From an uncultured Candidatus Binatia bacterium (lineage in GTDB: Bacteria > Desulfobacterota > Binatia > UBA9968 > CAXXLF01), in assembly GCA_965218425.1 (NCBI GenBank), contig OZ244621.1, positions 3,744,001 to 3,808,000 of the forward strand: 64,000 nt of DNA. The letters are read 5' to 3'. The first letter of the stretch is position 1. The number at the start of each line of letters is the position of its first letter. The translations under genes and the position numbers were made by a program. This document shows positions 20,555-29,800 of this stretch, one piece after another. Under the pieces are notes generated by a model, which was given only the letters and a program-made list of their open reading frames with translations, was not told the origin of the DNA and searched no databases.

Positions 20555-21625
20555 ATGAGATTTAGCTTAACCAGGATTCCTATCATGGCTGTATGCATTT
20601 GGCTTGCCCTGCCCCTCATTGCAACGTTGGGAGAAGCGCAAGCCGGGTACTACACGGGGAAGACGATAAAAATCCTTGAAGGTCGGCGGCCCGGCGGCAC
20701 GGGTAGCCTGCGCACAACCAGCACGGTCAAACATCTGAAGAAGCACCTAGGCTTTGGTGCTGCTGTATTTCAATATATCCCAGGGGCCGGGGGTACGGCT
20801 GCGGCCAATCAAATTGCCAATAAGGCGAGACGGGATGGATTTACGTTGGGTAATTCCAGCAGTGGCATTTTTTCTCGTTCGATATTGGGTGCCAGAGGTG
20901 TTCGTTACAAACTCGAGGACCTCGCTATTTTGGGTGCCGGCTCTCCAGGTGGCGTCCTTTCCTTAACGGTCCGTCCCGGACTCAAGATTACCTCCGTGGA
21001 ACAGCTGAGGTCTAAAAAGGGGTTTCGATTCGGCAACCGTTCTGTGGGTCATAGCCTCTATAACGCCGATCGAATAACTGCCTTTATCATCGGCATGAAG
21101 GAACCCAGATGGGTTCTTGGCTATAGTTCCAGTGAAGTTCGGTTGGCAATGGGGCGTGAAGAAATCGATATGTATATGGCGGGAGTAGCCGGACTCATCC
21201 GTGATGCGCCCCATTGGCTAAACGAAGGTTTCACTTTTCCCGCCCAGATGAGGGATGTCTTGGGACAAGGGGTCGAAGACTATCCCAGTATGCCGCAAAA
21301 GATTCCGACTCTCGCAGAGCTTGCCGATACCAAGATTAAAAAGGATATTCTACGGCTCCACAATGCTACCACTCCGGGAGGATCGCTCTTCTACGTGCGC
21401 AAGGATATACCCGAGGAGGCTCTCAAGGAGCTAAGGGCCGCGTTCGATAAGGTCTGGAAGGATCCAGAATTTCTCAAGGACTACAAGCGATTTACTCGGC
21501 AAGCGGCAAGCCCAGTTTTGGGAGAGGATTACGAAAGATTTCTTCGCAACCGTCCCAGAGACCCGCATGTGTTGAAGGTCTATAAACAGCTCACGGAAGC
21601 GGGTCCTCTTCCCTCGGGCAAGTAA
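20555..21625 (+). CDS. TctC/Bug-like substrate-binding protein 4
   Basis: YYTGKTI, EGRRPGGTGSLR, PGAGGTAAAN; GGAGG RBS. Confidence 0.85.
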   Translation: MRFSLTRIPIMAVCIWLALPLIATLGEAQAGYYTGKTIKILEGRRPGGTGSLRTTSTVKHLKKHLGFGAAVFQYIPGAGGTAAANQIANKARRDGFTLGNSSSGIFSRSILGARGVRYKLEDLAILGAGSPGGVLSLTVRPGLKITSVEQLRSKKGFRFGNRSVGHSLYNADRITAFIIGMKEPRWVLGYSSSEVRLAMGREEIDMYMAGVAGLIRDAPHWLNEGFTFPAQMRDVLGQGVEDYPSMPQKIPTLAELADTKIKKDILRLHNATTPGGSLFYVRKDIPEEALKELRAAFDKVWKDPEFLKDYKRFTRQAASPVLGEDYERFLRNRPRDPHVLKVYKQLTEAGPLPSGK

Positions 21626-21706
21626 AGGTGCGATTGTATAACTACACTTGCTCCCTTTGAGGGACCATTGACCTTTGTTTGATCCTTGAGGTCGTGCTTT
21701 CTAGGG

Positions 21707-22858
21707 ATGACAACGATGCAGGTAACATTCGACGATTTTGTCCATGCCGGGCCTGACACCCTTGCGGGCAGGTATTTGCGTACTTTCTGGTCCCCCGTGT
21801 ATCGATCCCAGGACCTTGCTCCCGGGGAAGTGTTTCCCATAAAGATTATGTGCGAAAAGTTCGCCTTGTATCGAGGGCAGGAGGGAAATCCGCATCTGCT
21901 GGCTCCCACCTGCGCCCACCGGGGGGCTCCATTGTACGTCGGTTCAGTAGAAAATGACTCGCTGCGGTGCATGTACCACGGCTGGAAGTATGACGGTTTC
22001 GGACAGTGTGTGGAGCAGCCGAGGGAAGACCCCGCTCTGTGCGACAATGTCAGAGTCCGAAGCTATCCCACCCACGAGTACCTTGGGGTTATTTTTGCTT
22101 TTCTGGGTGAAGGAGAACCGCCGCCCTTTAGACGTTTCGCCGATCTTGAGAAGCCAGGCGTATTGGAGGCCTGTATCCCGGAGTACTGGCCCTGCAATTA
22201 TTTCAATCGGCTGGACAACGCCTGCGACCTTGCCCACGTCGCCTTTACTCACCGTGAGGCTATTTCTCGGGCCGGAAGGTCCGACCGCCTGGGGGCCGGT
22301 GAGGTGAAGGTGGAAGAGACCGATTACGGTGTCAGGTGTGTTTGCGAGGATCCCCCGCAGACAACCCGATTTCATATGCCCAATATTAATCTGGTTAAGG
22401 CCAACGTGCGGGTTGAAGGCTCCATGCAGGATGCTGCTACCCTGGCTGTGGACCGCCTTTCGTGGCGTGTTCCCGTGGATGATGAAAATACCGTGAGCTT
22501 CAGCGTCGATCTCATGCATGTGGAAGGTGAGGAAGCGGTGAGATATCAAGAGCGTAGAAAAAAGACAGAGGAATTGGGAAAAACGATATCGCCAACGGCC
22601 ATGGGTGATGCCATTCTTGCCGGTAAAATAAAGGAAAAGGATTTGGAGAAGGGCTTGAGTACGGCCACCCTTTTCTCTGTGGAGGACTATCTGATACAGG
22701 TGGGGCAAGGGGCAGTGGACCGCTCACAGGACCGTCTAGGCCGTAGCGACATAGGCGTAATGCTGCTACGCAAAATTTGGGAACGTGAGTTACTGGCGTT
22801 TGCTGAAGGGCGACCCCTCAAGGAGTGGAAAACGGCCCCGGCAGAGCCGGGAAGGTAG
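21707..22858 (+). CDS. Rieske non-heme iron oxygenase (phthalate 4,5-dioxygenase/VanA-type alpha subunit)
   Basis: GPDTLAGRYLR, CAH..CMYH Rieske ligands, DLAHVAFTH iron motif, DRLGRSD. Confidence 0.9.
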   Translation: MTTMQVTFDDFVHAGPDTLAGRYLRTFWSPVYRSQDLAPGEVFPIKIMCEKFALYRGQEGNPHLLAPTCAHRGAPLYVGSVENDSLRCMYHGWKYDGFGQCVEQPREDPALCDNVRVRSYPTHEYLGVIFAFLGEGEPPPFRRFADLEKPGVLEACIPEYWPCNYFNRLDNACDLAHVAFTHREAISRAGRSDRLGAGEVKVEETDYGVRCVCEDPPQTTRFHMPNINLVKANVRVEGSMQDAATLAVDRLSWRVPVDDENTVSFSVDLMHVEGEEAVRYQERRKKTEELGKTISPTAMGDAILAGKIKEKDLEKGLSTATLFSVEDYLIQVGQGAVDRSQDRLGRSDIGVMLLRKIWERELLAFAEGRPLKEWKTAPAEPGR

Positions 22859-22869
22859 AAAGGGCTCCC

Positions 22870-23976
22870 ATGGGTTCCAAGCTGTTAGCTGCGGTCAAGG
22901 TTGGACGCCAAAAAACCGAGGTCCGAGAGTTTCCAATTCCCGATGTGCCGCCGGATGCGGGTCTGTTGAAGGTGGAGGCGGTGGGGGTGTGCGGCACGGA
23001 CGTGCATACCTATTCGGAGGTCCTGGCCGCTAATCCCTTCATCATGGGACATGAAAACGTAGGCACCATTGCCCATATCGGTAGGCTGGCAGCCCAAGGT
23101 TGGGGTTTGAAAGAGGGAGACCGGGTCCTGGCTGAAGGCTATCGCGTATGCGGCCACTGCGACTCCTGCCTATCCGGCTACTTTGGTTTCTGCCCAAAGG
23201 AGGGAGGACAGGACCATCCCCCGGGAGATAGCGTGGAATCGTTAATTCGTTTTCAGCCGTCTCGTGGAGGAGGCTTTAGCCAGTACCTTTATCTTCATCC
23301 AGGAACGAGGCTTCACAAAATCCCGGAAGGAGTCCCTTCCGAACACGCAACACTGGGCATACCCTTTGGTAACGGTTGGCAGTGGGCCTATTTTGATGGC
23401 GGCATCGGTCCCGGCAAGAGCGTCTTGATTCAGGGGCCTGGCCAGCAGGGCTTGGGTTGTATACTCGCTTCCAGGGAGGCCGGTGCCGATTGCATTATTG
23501 CATCGGGGCTTGGGCGGGACAAGCATCGACTAGAGGTGGCGCGTGGACTGGGAGCCCATCATGCGATCAACGTCGAAAAGCATGATCTCGTCAAGTCCGT
23601 CAAAGAGATCACCGGTGGCCGTGGAGTAGATCTGGCCATCGACGTGGCAACAGGGGGCCCGGCCACGGTATTGCCCGCCCTCGATACCCTTGCGGTACAA
23701 GGGTTGTTGATCGTGGTCCCCAGAGGAGACCCGATCCACCCCTTTCCTTTGGACCTGATTCAACGAAAGTGCCTTACCCTCAAGGGGGTACGAGGGCATA
23801 GTTATCAGGCTGTGGAGATGGCCCTTCGGGTTATCGCATCGGGAGAGTATCCACTGCACCGGTTGGGCAGCCACCGATTCGGTCTCGGTCAAGTGGACAC
23901 CGCCATTCGTTCCGTGGCCGGCGAAGGTCCCGAAGATGTGATTCACGTTACGGTGGATCCCTGGATTACCCCCTAG
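22870..23976 (+). CDS. Zinc-dependent alcohol dehydrogenase (MDR family)
   Basis: GVCGTDVH, GHE, CGHCDSC..C, GPGQQG. Confidence 0.92.
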   Translation: MGSKLLAAVKVGRQKTEVREFPIPDVPPDAGLLKVEAVGVCGTDVHTYSEVLAANPFIMGHENVGTIAHIGRLAAQGWGLKEGDRVLAEGYRVCGHCDSCLSGYFGFCPKEGGQDHPPGDSVESLIRFQPSRGGGFSQYLYLHPGTRLHKIPEGVPSEHATLGIPFGNGWQWAYFDGGIGPGKSVLIQGPGQQGLGCILASREAGADCIIASGLGRDKHRLEVARGLGAHHAINVEKHDLVKSVKEITGGRGVDLAIDVATGGPATVLPALDTLAVQGLLIVVPRGDPIHPFPLDLIQRKCLTLKGVRGHSYQAVEMALRVIASGEYPLHRLGSHRFGLGQVDTAIRSVAGEGPEDVIHVTVDPWITP

Positions 23977-24250
23977 ATTTATCACAACAGTGACCCGAAA
24001 TAGAGAGCTATTCGTCCTAGCGACGCCATGGCCGGCGACCCTGTGGCTGCAACCGCCTCACAGGCAATTAGGGTAGTGTACAGAAGCCCTCAATCATTCC
24101 CGGACAACCATTCGCATCATCGACGCTCATGGTTTGCGTTCTCCCGTTCGTGCCGATGCAGGTGATGAAACCGGATATGGTCACCGCGAGAAACGTCCGC
24201 CAGTATAGGTGACATGATGGTTTGGTAAATCGGAGATCCGAAGAGGAACC

Positions 24251-25453
24251 ATGAGAATAACCAATCTATGGAATCCCATTGGCTGGGTTGTCATTGCAGT
24301 TACATTTTGTCTTATGTTTGGGGCGTTAGCTCTTCAGAGTAGAAGCGGCGCTGCACTGCAGGAACCCAAAGGGTCAATGAGGCCTTCAACTCCCGAGACA
24401 AGATTTACGGGTGGCTTCCAAATTAAAACTCTCGCTTCGGGTCTGGAGACACCCTGGGATTTGAGTTGGGGACCGAAAAATAGGATCTGGATAACCGAGC
24501 GCAAGGGGACCATTTCTCGTATAAATCCCGTCAATGGACAGGTCACCCGTGCCGGTAGGATCAATGCCATTGAAGTTAGTGAAAGCGGTTTGATGGGCTT
24601 GGCCTTCCACCCCGACTTCTCTTCCCGGCCTTATGTTTACGTAGTCTATTCTTACGGCTCCAATGGAAGCATCAAGAATCGACTTGTACGTTTGCGATTC
24701 GATGGCGTTTCCCTTGGTCAACCCGAAATCTTGTTGAACCGAATCCCAGGCGCTCCCAATCACAATGGAGCCAGACTGGCGGTTGGGCCCGATGGATACC
24801 TCTACGTCACTACCGGTGACGCACAAAACGTCAAACAGGCCCAACAGCACGGCTCCCTTGCCGGTAAGGTTCTTCGTCTGACCATGGACGGGCAGCCGGC
24901 ACCGGGAAACCCGTTCAATAATGCCGTTTACTCCTTCGGCCATCGCAATCCGCAGGGAATCGCATTCAATCCCGTGACCCATGCCCTGTACATTACCGAG
25001 CATGGACCTGCCGATAACGATGAGGTCAATGGAGTCAAAAAAGGAGGAAACTACGGTTGGCCAGAGGTTCGTGGGTTTTGTGATGGTGACGTTTGGGGCG
25101 AGGAGAAATTTTGTCGGAAAAATAAGGTGGTGGAACCACTGGCGGTCTGGACTCCTACCATCGCTCCATCGGGGTTGGACTTTTATAACTCGGAGCTATT
25201 TCCCGGCTGGAAGGGGAGTTTGCTGTTTACAACATTAAAGGGATCCGCTCTTTACCGCCTGGTCTTGTCCCCGGATGGTAATCGAGTTATAAGAGAGGAA
25301 AAATTCTTTGAGGATTGGTTCGGTCGCCTGCGTGATGTCCTAGTTGGTCCCGATGGAGAAATTTATTTAGCCACAAGTAACCGGGACGGTAGGGCATGGC
25401 CGAGTTCGGACGACGACCGAATCTTACGGATAAGGCCTCGACTGAAAAACTAG
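24251..25453 (+). CDS. PQQ-dependent aldose/sugar dehydrogenase (GSDH beta-propeller)
   Basis: Signal/TM segment; GLMGLAFHPDF, HNGARLAVGPDGYLYVTTGD, GHRNPQG, GRLRDV. Confidence 0.93.
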   Translation: MRITNLWNPIGWVVIAVTFCLMFGALALQSRSGAALQEPKGSMRPSTPETRFTGGFQIKTLASGLETPWDLSWGPKNRIWITERKGTISRINPVNGQVTRAGRINAIEVSESGLMGLAFHPDFSSRPYVYVVYSYGSNGSIKNRLVRLRFDGVSLGQPEILLNRIPGAPNHNGARLAVGPDGYLYVTTGDAQNVKQAQQHGSLAGKVLRLTMDGQPAPGNPFNNAVYSFGHRNPQGIAFNPVTHALYITEHGPADNDEVNGVKKGGNYGWPEVRGFCDGDVWGEEKFCRKNKVVEPLAVWTPTIAPSGLDFYNSELFPGWKGSLLFTTLKGSALYRLVLSPDGNRVIREEKFFEDWFGRLRDVLVGPDGEIYLATSNRDGRAWPSSDDDRILRIRPRLKN

Positions 25454-25481
25454 ATTGGCAAGGGTTTGTTTCTTATCTTCT

Positions 25482-25961
25482 ATGGGAAACCAATTGAAAT
25501 ACCTGGCCGGAGCCGTCTTTTTGATACTTTTGTTGGGTGCCATTCTTGATGTTTGGAAAAAACACAGTTACGGACAAACCTCATGCTCACCTACGGCCGG
25601 TGATATTGAGGGACCGTACTATTTGCCGGGTGCTCCGGTCCGTTCTAGAATTGGCAACGGGTTGATCATAAAAGGGATGGTTCAGAGCAGCGAAAATTGC
25701 GATGTGCTACCAAGTGCAAGAATAGAATGGTGGCAGGTTAACCTGGATGGCGTCTACGACGACGCCCACAGGGCGACTTTATATACGAGTAAGCGGGGTA
25801 ACTACAGGCTTGAGACCCATTCCCCCGTCTCCTATTTTCGCCGCCCTCCCCATGTCCATGTTAAGGTGTTTGCCCCAGGCCATGAAGTCCTGACGACGCA
25901 AATCTATCCCAAGGCGGATGAGACTGAGATTCGGTTCGACTTTGTGTTGAGAAAAAGATAA
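25482..25961 (+). CDS. Short intradiol ring-cleavage dioxygenase-fold protein with N-terminal membrane anchor or signal
   Basis: IEGPYY, WQ..DGVYD, SY..RPPHVHVKV, LTTQIY. Confidence 0.85.
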   Translation: MGNQLKYLAGAVFLILLLGAILDVWKKHSYGQTSCSPTAGDIEGPYYLPGAPVRSRIGNGLIIKGMVQSSENCDVLPSARIEWWQVNLDGVYDDAHRATLYTSKRGNYRLETHSPVSYFRRPPHVHVKVFAPGHEVLTTQIYPKADETEIRFDFVLRKR

Positions 25962-25979
25962 TGAGAATTAGGAGGTCCC

Positions 25980-26393
25980 ATGGAAAGGTTTCTTGGAAAC
26001 TACTCCACGTATCTCTATGCCATCATGCGAATCGTAGTGGGTCTACTATTTGCTTGCAACGGGGCACGTAAGCTCTTTGGGATCTTTGGAGGGATGGGAG
26101 GAAGCGGGGAAGCCGCTCCTCTTCTTTCTCTAATGGGCTTGGCGGGGGCCATCGAGTTCTTTACGGGGGTACTGGTTGCAGTGGGTTTTCTCACAGGATA
26201 TGCAGCTTTTGTGGCCAGTGGTCAAATGGCAGTGGGTTATTTTATGGCTCATTTCCCCAATGGGTTTTGGCCCATCCTAAACGGTGGGGAAAGGGCTGTT
26301 TTTTATTGCTTTTTCTTTCTCTATGTAGCCAGCCAGGGAGCGGTGACCTGGGGCGTTGACTGTATTTTCAGGAAGCCGAACGGGGGTTCATGA
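25980..26393 (+). CDS. DoxX family membrane protein
   Basis: MRIVVGLLF..GARKLFG, SGQMAVGYFMAH, WPILNGGE. Confidence 0.92.
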   Translation: MERFLGNYSTYLYAIMRIVVGLLFACNGARKLFGIFGGMGGSGEAAPLLSLMGLAGAIEFFTGVLVAVGFLTGYAAFVASGQMAVGYFMAHFPNGFWPILNGGERAVFYCFFFLYVASQGAVTWGVDCIFRKPNGGS

Positions 26394-26470
26394 TCAGATA
26401 TGTCGCGACCCTCACGAATGAAGACCGTCCGATGTGAGCCCCCGTCGCCGGTTGATCGTCTTGGAAGCGA

Positions 26471-26968
26471 TTACCTTTTCCGATATCGGCCGCGCCCGCG
26501 ACTCCCTGAGAGTGAGCGCCTGAACCAGCGGTCGGCTTTTTTGATTTGCTCAGGACTAAGAACGTTGCGTGTGGTGAGCACTGTATCCGTACGCAACCGC
26601 AGACGCCGCTGGCTGAGTTTTCCGATCTCATCCAATTTTGCGCTGATTTTGTCTTGATCGACTTTCTCCTGGGTCACAAGCTCGCCCAGCTCGATGCGGG
26701 CCACTCTCAGATCGGCCCTGAGCTTTATGGACTTTTTCCGTGCCTCCCTCAGTATTCCACGGACCTCTTTGGCCTGCTCGTCACTCAGTCCAAGCCGATC
26801 TTGCATTCGTTCCATACCGCGGCCGCGCCGCCCTCTACCGGCGCTTCTGACATTAACCGGTCTCGTTTCGGATACTGCCGTCCCGCTATCGGGCGCCTGG
26901 CCGAGGGCGGTGTCCGCGAACAGGCCCATTGCGAACAAAGGGATCATCAGGATCGGGATCTTTTTCAT
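26471..26968 (-). CDS. Spy/CpxP-like periplasmic protein (LTXXQ motifs)
   Basis: Signal peptide; LGLSDEQ and VLSPEQ motifs; AAGGAGG RBS. Confidence 0.85.
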   Translation of the reverse strand: MKKIPILMIPLFAMGLFADTALGQAPDSGTAVSETRPVNVRSAGRGRRGRGMERMQDRLGLSDEQAKEVRGILREARKKSIKLRADLRVARIELGELVTQEKVDQDKISAKLDEIGKLSQRRLRLRTDTVLTTRNVLSPEQIKKADRWFRRSLSGSRGRGRYRKR

Positions 26969-26999
26969 ACTGTCCTCCTTTAGGAATCGGTTTGTGGTG

Positions 27000-27019
27000 A
27001 TTAGACGGTACCGGGTTCC
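27000..27019 (-). promoter_or_regulatory. GGAACCC-N5-CGTCTAAT motif upstream of the Spy-like gene
   Basis: Minus strand GGAACCC GGTAC CGTCTAAT, 31 nt before the ATG. Confidence 0.55.
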
Positions 27020-27107
27020 AGGTGTATAGGGTCCTAGGGCAAGTACATTCGGATTGAATTAAAATCGTGAATTAGGCTAGAGATGAGAGGCAACTACAAG
27101 AGTCCCC

Positions 27108-27560
27108 TTACTGAATAGGTGCGCTGCTTTTTAGGGATTGAATCCTGCGTTGAATGCGTTCCCTGCGGTGTGTGCGGCGTTCGCGGAACGTCTTGGTGAA
27201 CTCTTCTAATTTCTCAATCTGTTTTGGTTCTAGCAGTGGCTTAATTTGTGTTTCCAGTTTGGCAATAATTTTGTTGGCATCCTCGTAGGAACCAAGACGT
27301 ACGGTAAGTAACTCGATACGTGCTTCGGTAATGCTCGGTGTAATCCGAGTCTTTTGCCGCTCGGACAAGTTGAGCTCCTTGGATAACTTTGCAACGAATT
27401 TACGGTCGTACCGGCTGCCGGATTTGCTGCGCCCATATTTACCTTCGTATTTACCTCCGGACCCATAGACTGTTGGGTAGAACCTTCCCAGCAGGACTCC
27501 ACTCAGGAGGCCGATGATGAATACTCCTAGGACTACGGTGAGGGCCTTCCATTTCATCAT
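27108..27560 (-). CDS. Membrane-anchored periplasmic accessory protein of the ECF operon (LTXXQ-like)
   Basis: N-terminal TM; LNLSERQ and LLEPKQ motifs; ATGA overlap with the anti-sigma gene. Confidence 0.75.
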   Translation of the reverse strand: MMKWKALTVVLGVFIIGLLSGVLLGRFYPTVYGSGGKYEGKYGRSKSGSRYDRKFVAKLSKELNLSERQKTRITPSITEARIELLTVRLGSYEDANKIIAKLETQIKPLLEPKQIEKLEEFTKTFRERRTHRRERIQRRIQSLKSSAPIQ

Positions 27561-28012
27561 TGATTGGCCCCTAACCAAGAATTTAGAATGGCGTCCGGTT
27601 CCTCACTTAGCGGCCCTAGCCTGCCGGAGCCATTTTCCACCATGGCGATGATAGAGATATTGGCGTCCTGTGACTCAATTTCCGGCGCCCAGAAGAAGAC
27701 CCCCCCTGCGATAAGGAGCAAAATAAGGGCAAAGGCAGGTGCGAGGCGTCGGCCCAATAGAACGAACAACGAACCGAAGGATTCACGCCGATCCAATTGT
27801 TCCTGGATCTTTGCCGCAACCCCCGGCCAAAGAGACCTTGAGGGCACGGCTACGGGGGCGGCTGCAAAAATCCGTTGCCAGAATTTTTCTTCCTGAACAA
27901 ATAGTTGACAATTCACGCAGGATTGATAGTGCTCCTCCAGCCCCCCGGGCAGGTTGCGTGTTAGGATTGCATCTTCGAGTTTCAAAGTGTCTTTAAATTC
28001 TTCACACTTCAT
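27557..28012 (-). CDS. Anti-sigma factor with zinc-binding HxxxCxxC motif and TM helix
   Basis: MKCEE..HYQSCVNCQ; single TM; directly downstream of the ECF sigma gene. Confidence 0.85.
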   Translation of the reverse strand: MKCEEFKDTLKLEDAILTRNLPGGLEEHYQSCVNCQLFVQEEKFWQRIFAAAPVAVPSRSLWPGVAAKIQEQLDRRESFGSLFVLLGRRLAPAFALILLLIAGGVFFWAPEIESQDANISIIAMVENGSGRLGPLSEEPDAILNSWLGANQ

Positions 28013-28014
28013 CG

Positions 28015-28644
28015 CTACCTCCTTAGTAATTCCGGAGCATGTACGGCAAGGACCTGCCTTAGCTTTGCGCGACCCCGGGCATGCCTTGATTTAACCGTAC
28101 CCACCGAACAGCGAAGAACTTGGCCCACCTCTTGATAGGACAATCCTTCCATGTCTTTCAAGGTTACCACCATGCGCAACCGTTCTGGGAGGCTGGCCAC
28201 GGCACCCGCCACCAGTCGGCCCACCGTTTCCGTGTAATGGGGGCGGGGTTTTTCCTCTTCCGGCTCGGTCAGAAAGTCGCTTGTCCGGTGGATGGATTCT
28301 TGTAAGATTTCCTCGTTTAACGGGACCCTGTTGGACTGTTTCTTGAGCTCATCGCGGGCCCGGTTAATTGCTATACGGGTGATCCATGTCCGAAACGAAG
28401 CATCCTCCCGAAACGATTTTAGCGAAAAATAAGCCTTCACAAATACGTCTTGAACCACGTCTTCTATCTCTCCGTGGCCAGGTCCTAAAAGTCGACTCAC
28501 GAGGCGATAGATTCGAGACTGGTAGCGCTCCACTAGGAGGCGATACGAGTCACAATCGCCTTCCCGGACCCTGTGAATCCAGTCCTTCTCCGCTTCCGCG
28601 TCCTCTCTCAGGACTGGATTCACAAGAGTTTCCGCCATCTGCAT
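28015..28644 (-). CDS. ECF sigma factor (RpoE-like)
   Basis: EDVVQDVFVKAY, SFRTWITRIAIN, EGLSYQEV, GTVKSRHARGR. Confidence 0.95.
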   Translation of the reverse strand: MQMAETLVNPVLREDAEAEKDWIHRVREGDCDSYRLLVERYQSRIYRLVSRLLGPGHGEIEDVVQDVFVKAYFSLKSFREDASFRTWITRIAINRARDELKKQSNRVPLNEEILQESIHRTSDFLTEPEEEKPRPHYTETVGRLVAGAVASLPERLRMVVTLKDMEGLSYQEVGQVLRCSVGTVKSRHARGRAKLRQVLAVHAPELLRR

Positions 28645-28669
28645 GCCTTGGCCGACCGTCTTTTAGTAT

Positions 28670-28728
28670 ATAGGATGATTGGGGGTTCCATCAATGCCGG
28701 GTGGTGAGGGAACCCACTCTCGTCTAAT
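28670..28728. promoter_or_regulatory. Back-to-back GGAACCC-N5-C(G/A)TC motifs between divergent genes
   Basis: Minus 28689-28670 GGAACCC CCAAT CATCCTAT; plus 28709-28728 GGAACCC ACTCT CGTCTAAT. Confidence 0.55.
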
Positions 28729-28749
28729 GTGCAAGAGATCAGATTTCTC

Positions 28750-29328
28750 ATGCAAGCCAAAGATATCATAGCGAGAGGCCCCACCAGGGAGCCACTACCC
28801 CGGAAAACCGTCAGCGGCGGTGTCCGGGGAGCGTCCGGGGAGCGTCCGCCAGCTCCCATCGAAACGTCTAATTCCTTCGAGGCCTTTTTGTTTCAACCCG
28901 ATTCAGTACTAACCAACGACTATCTCGAGACCATTCGCAGAACTTCCTATACTGAGCCGGAGAAAGAACTCATGCTGGCGGTATTGGAGGATGGGGTCAG
29001 TTGTTTTCAGCGGAACCTCTTCGCCGGTAGACCCCGCGATAAGACCCAATTCCAGGAGGCGGAGGACTGGATCCTAGAAGAAAGTCGTCACTGGCTCTTC
29101 TCCTTTGAGATCATCTGCGAGGCCCTCGATATTGACGCTGACTTTCTGCGATCCAAATTAATTGGCTGGAAACAGTCTAAACTGCAAGAGTTTTCCAAAA
29201 AGTCCAGCGATACCTTGGGTCTAGGCTTCGCCAAGAGGAAGATCCGACAGATAACCTTACGGAAGGCAACCTCCGTGGAGCTGCATTCTTATCAGCGCGA
29301 GTTGAACTCCAACCACGGTCAAATCTAG
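28750..29328 (+). CDS. Conserved hypothetical protein
   Basis: EKELMLAVLED..CFQ..AEDWI..FSFEIICEALDID core resembles an uncharacterised family I recall from Deltaproteobacteria-like genomes; start uncertain. Confidence 0.7.
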   Translation: MQAKDIIARGPTREPLPRKTVSGGVRGASGERPPAPIETSNSFEAFLFQPDSVLTNDYLETIRRTSYTEPEKELMLAVLEDGVSCFQRNLFAGRPRDKTQFQEAEDWILEESRHWLFSFEIICEALDIDADFLRSKLIGWKQSKLQEFSKKSSDTLGLGFAKRKIRQITLRKATSVELHSYQRELNSNHGQI

Positions 29329-29525
29329 CGCAAAATCTAAATCCCTTTTCATAGTGCTAGAGGCCTTAGGTTTAAGCGGTACGCGTCATTTCTAGCCCGG
29401 ATCGGATAAAGCATACTCATACTGCGGGAGCATTAGGTCGGTAGAACAATGGACCGCATTGCCGCATTTTCCATTGTTCCAATGTCGAATGCTCCAATGC
29501 GCTAAAATTTTGCAAAGCAAAATTT

Positions 29526-29601
29526 TGGTGGAGCCGATGGGGATCGAACCCACGACCTCTAGAGTGCGATTCTAGCGCTCTCCCAGCTGAGCTACGGCCC
29601 C
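29526..29601 (-). tRNA. tRNA-Ala (CGC)
   Basis: GGGGCCGTAGCTCAGCTGGGAGAGCGCTAGAATCGCACTCTAGAGGTCGTGGGTTCGATCCCCATCGGCTCCACCA; cloverleaf with encoded CCA. Confidence 0.97.
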
Positions 29602-29800
29602 ACACCGAGAAATTAACTATGGCGCCAGAGCCCCTTGAAAGGCTCTGCAAACGAGGCGTTCATTGTTGAACTGATCAGTTATTGTACTCAATTGTGCTTT
29701 ATAAAAGCAACCGCTCAACCTTATCCTACCATTCGCCCCCCGCTTGTGATAATTGAAAGCAACTCCCCTCTAGTGCCTTTCTTAAAGATCTGAGATATCA

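Noticed and set aside
29504..29526. AAAATTTTGC-AAA-GCAAAATTTT palindrome at the tRNA-Ala 3' end
   Set aside because: A short AT-rich hairpin with no second copy; probably a terminator or processing stem.
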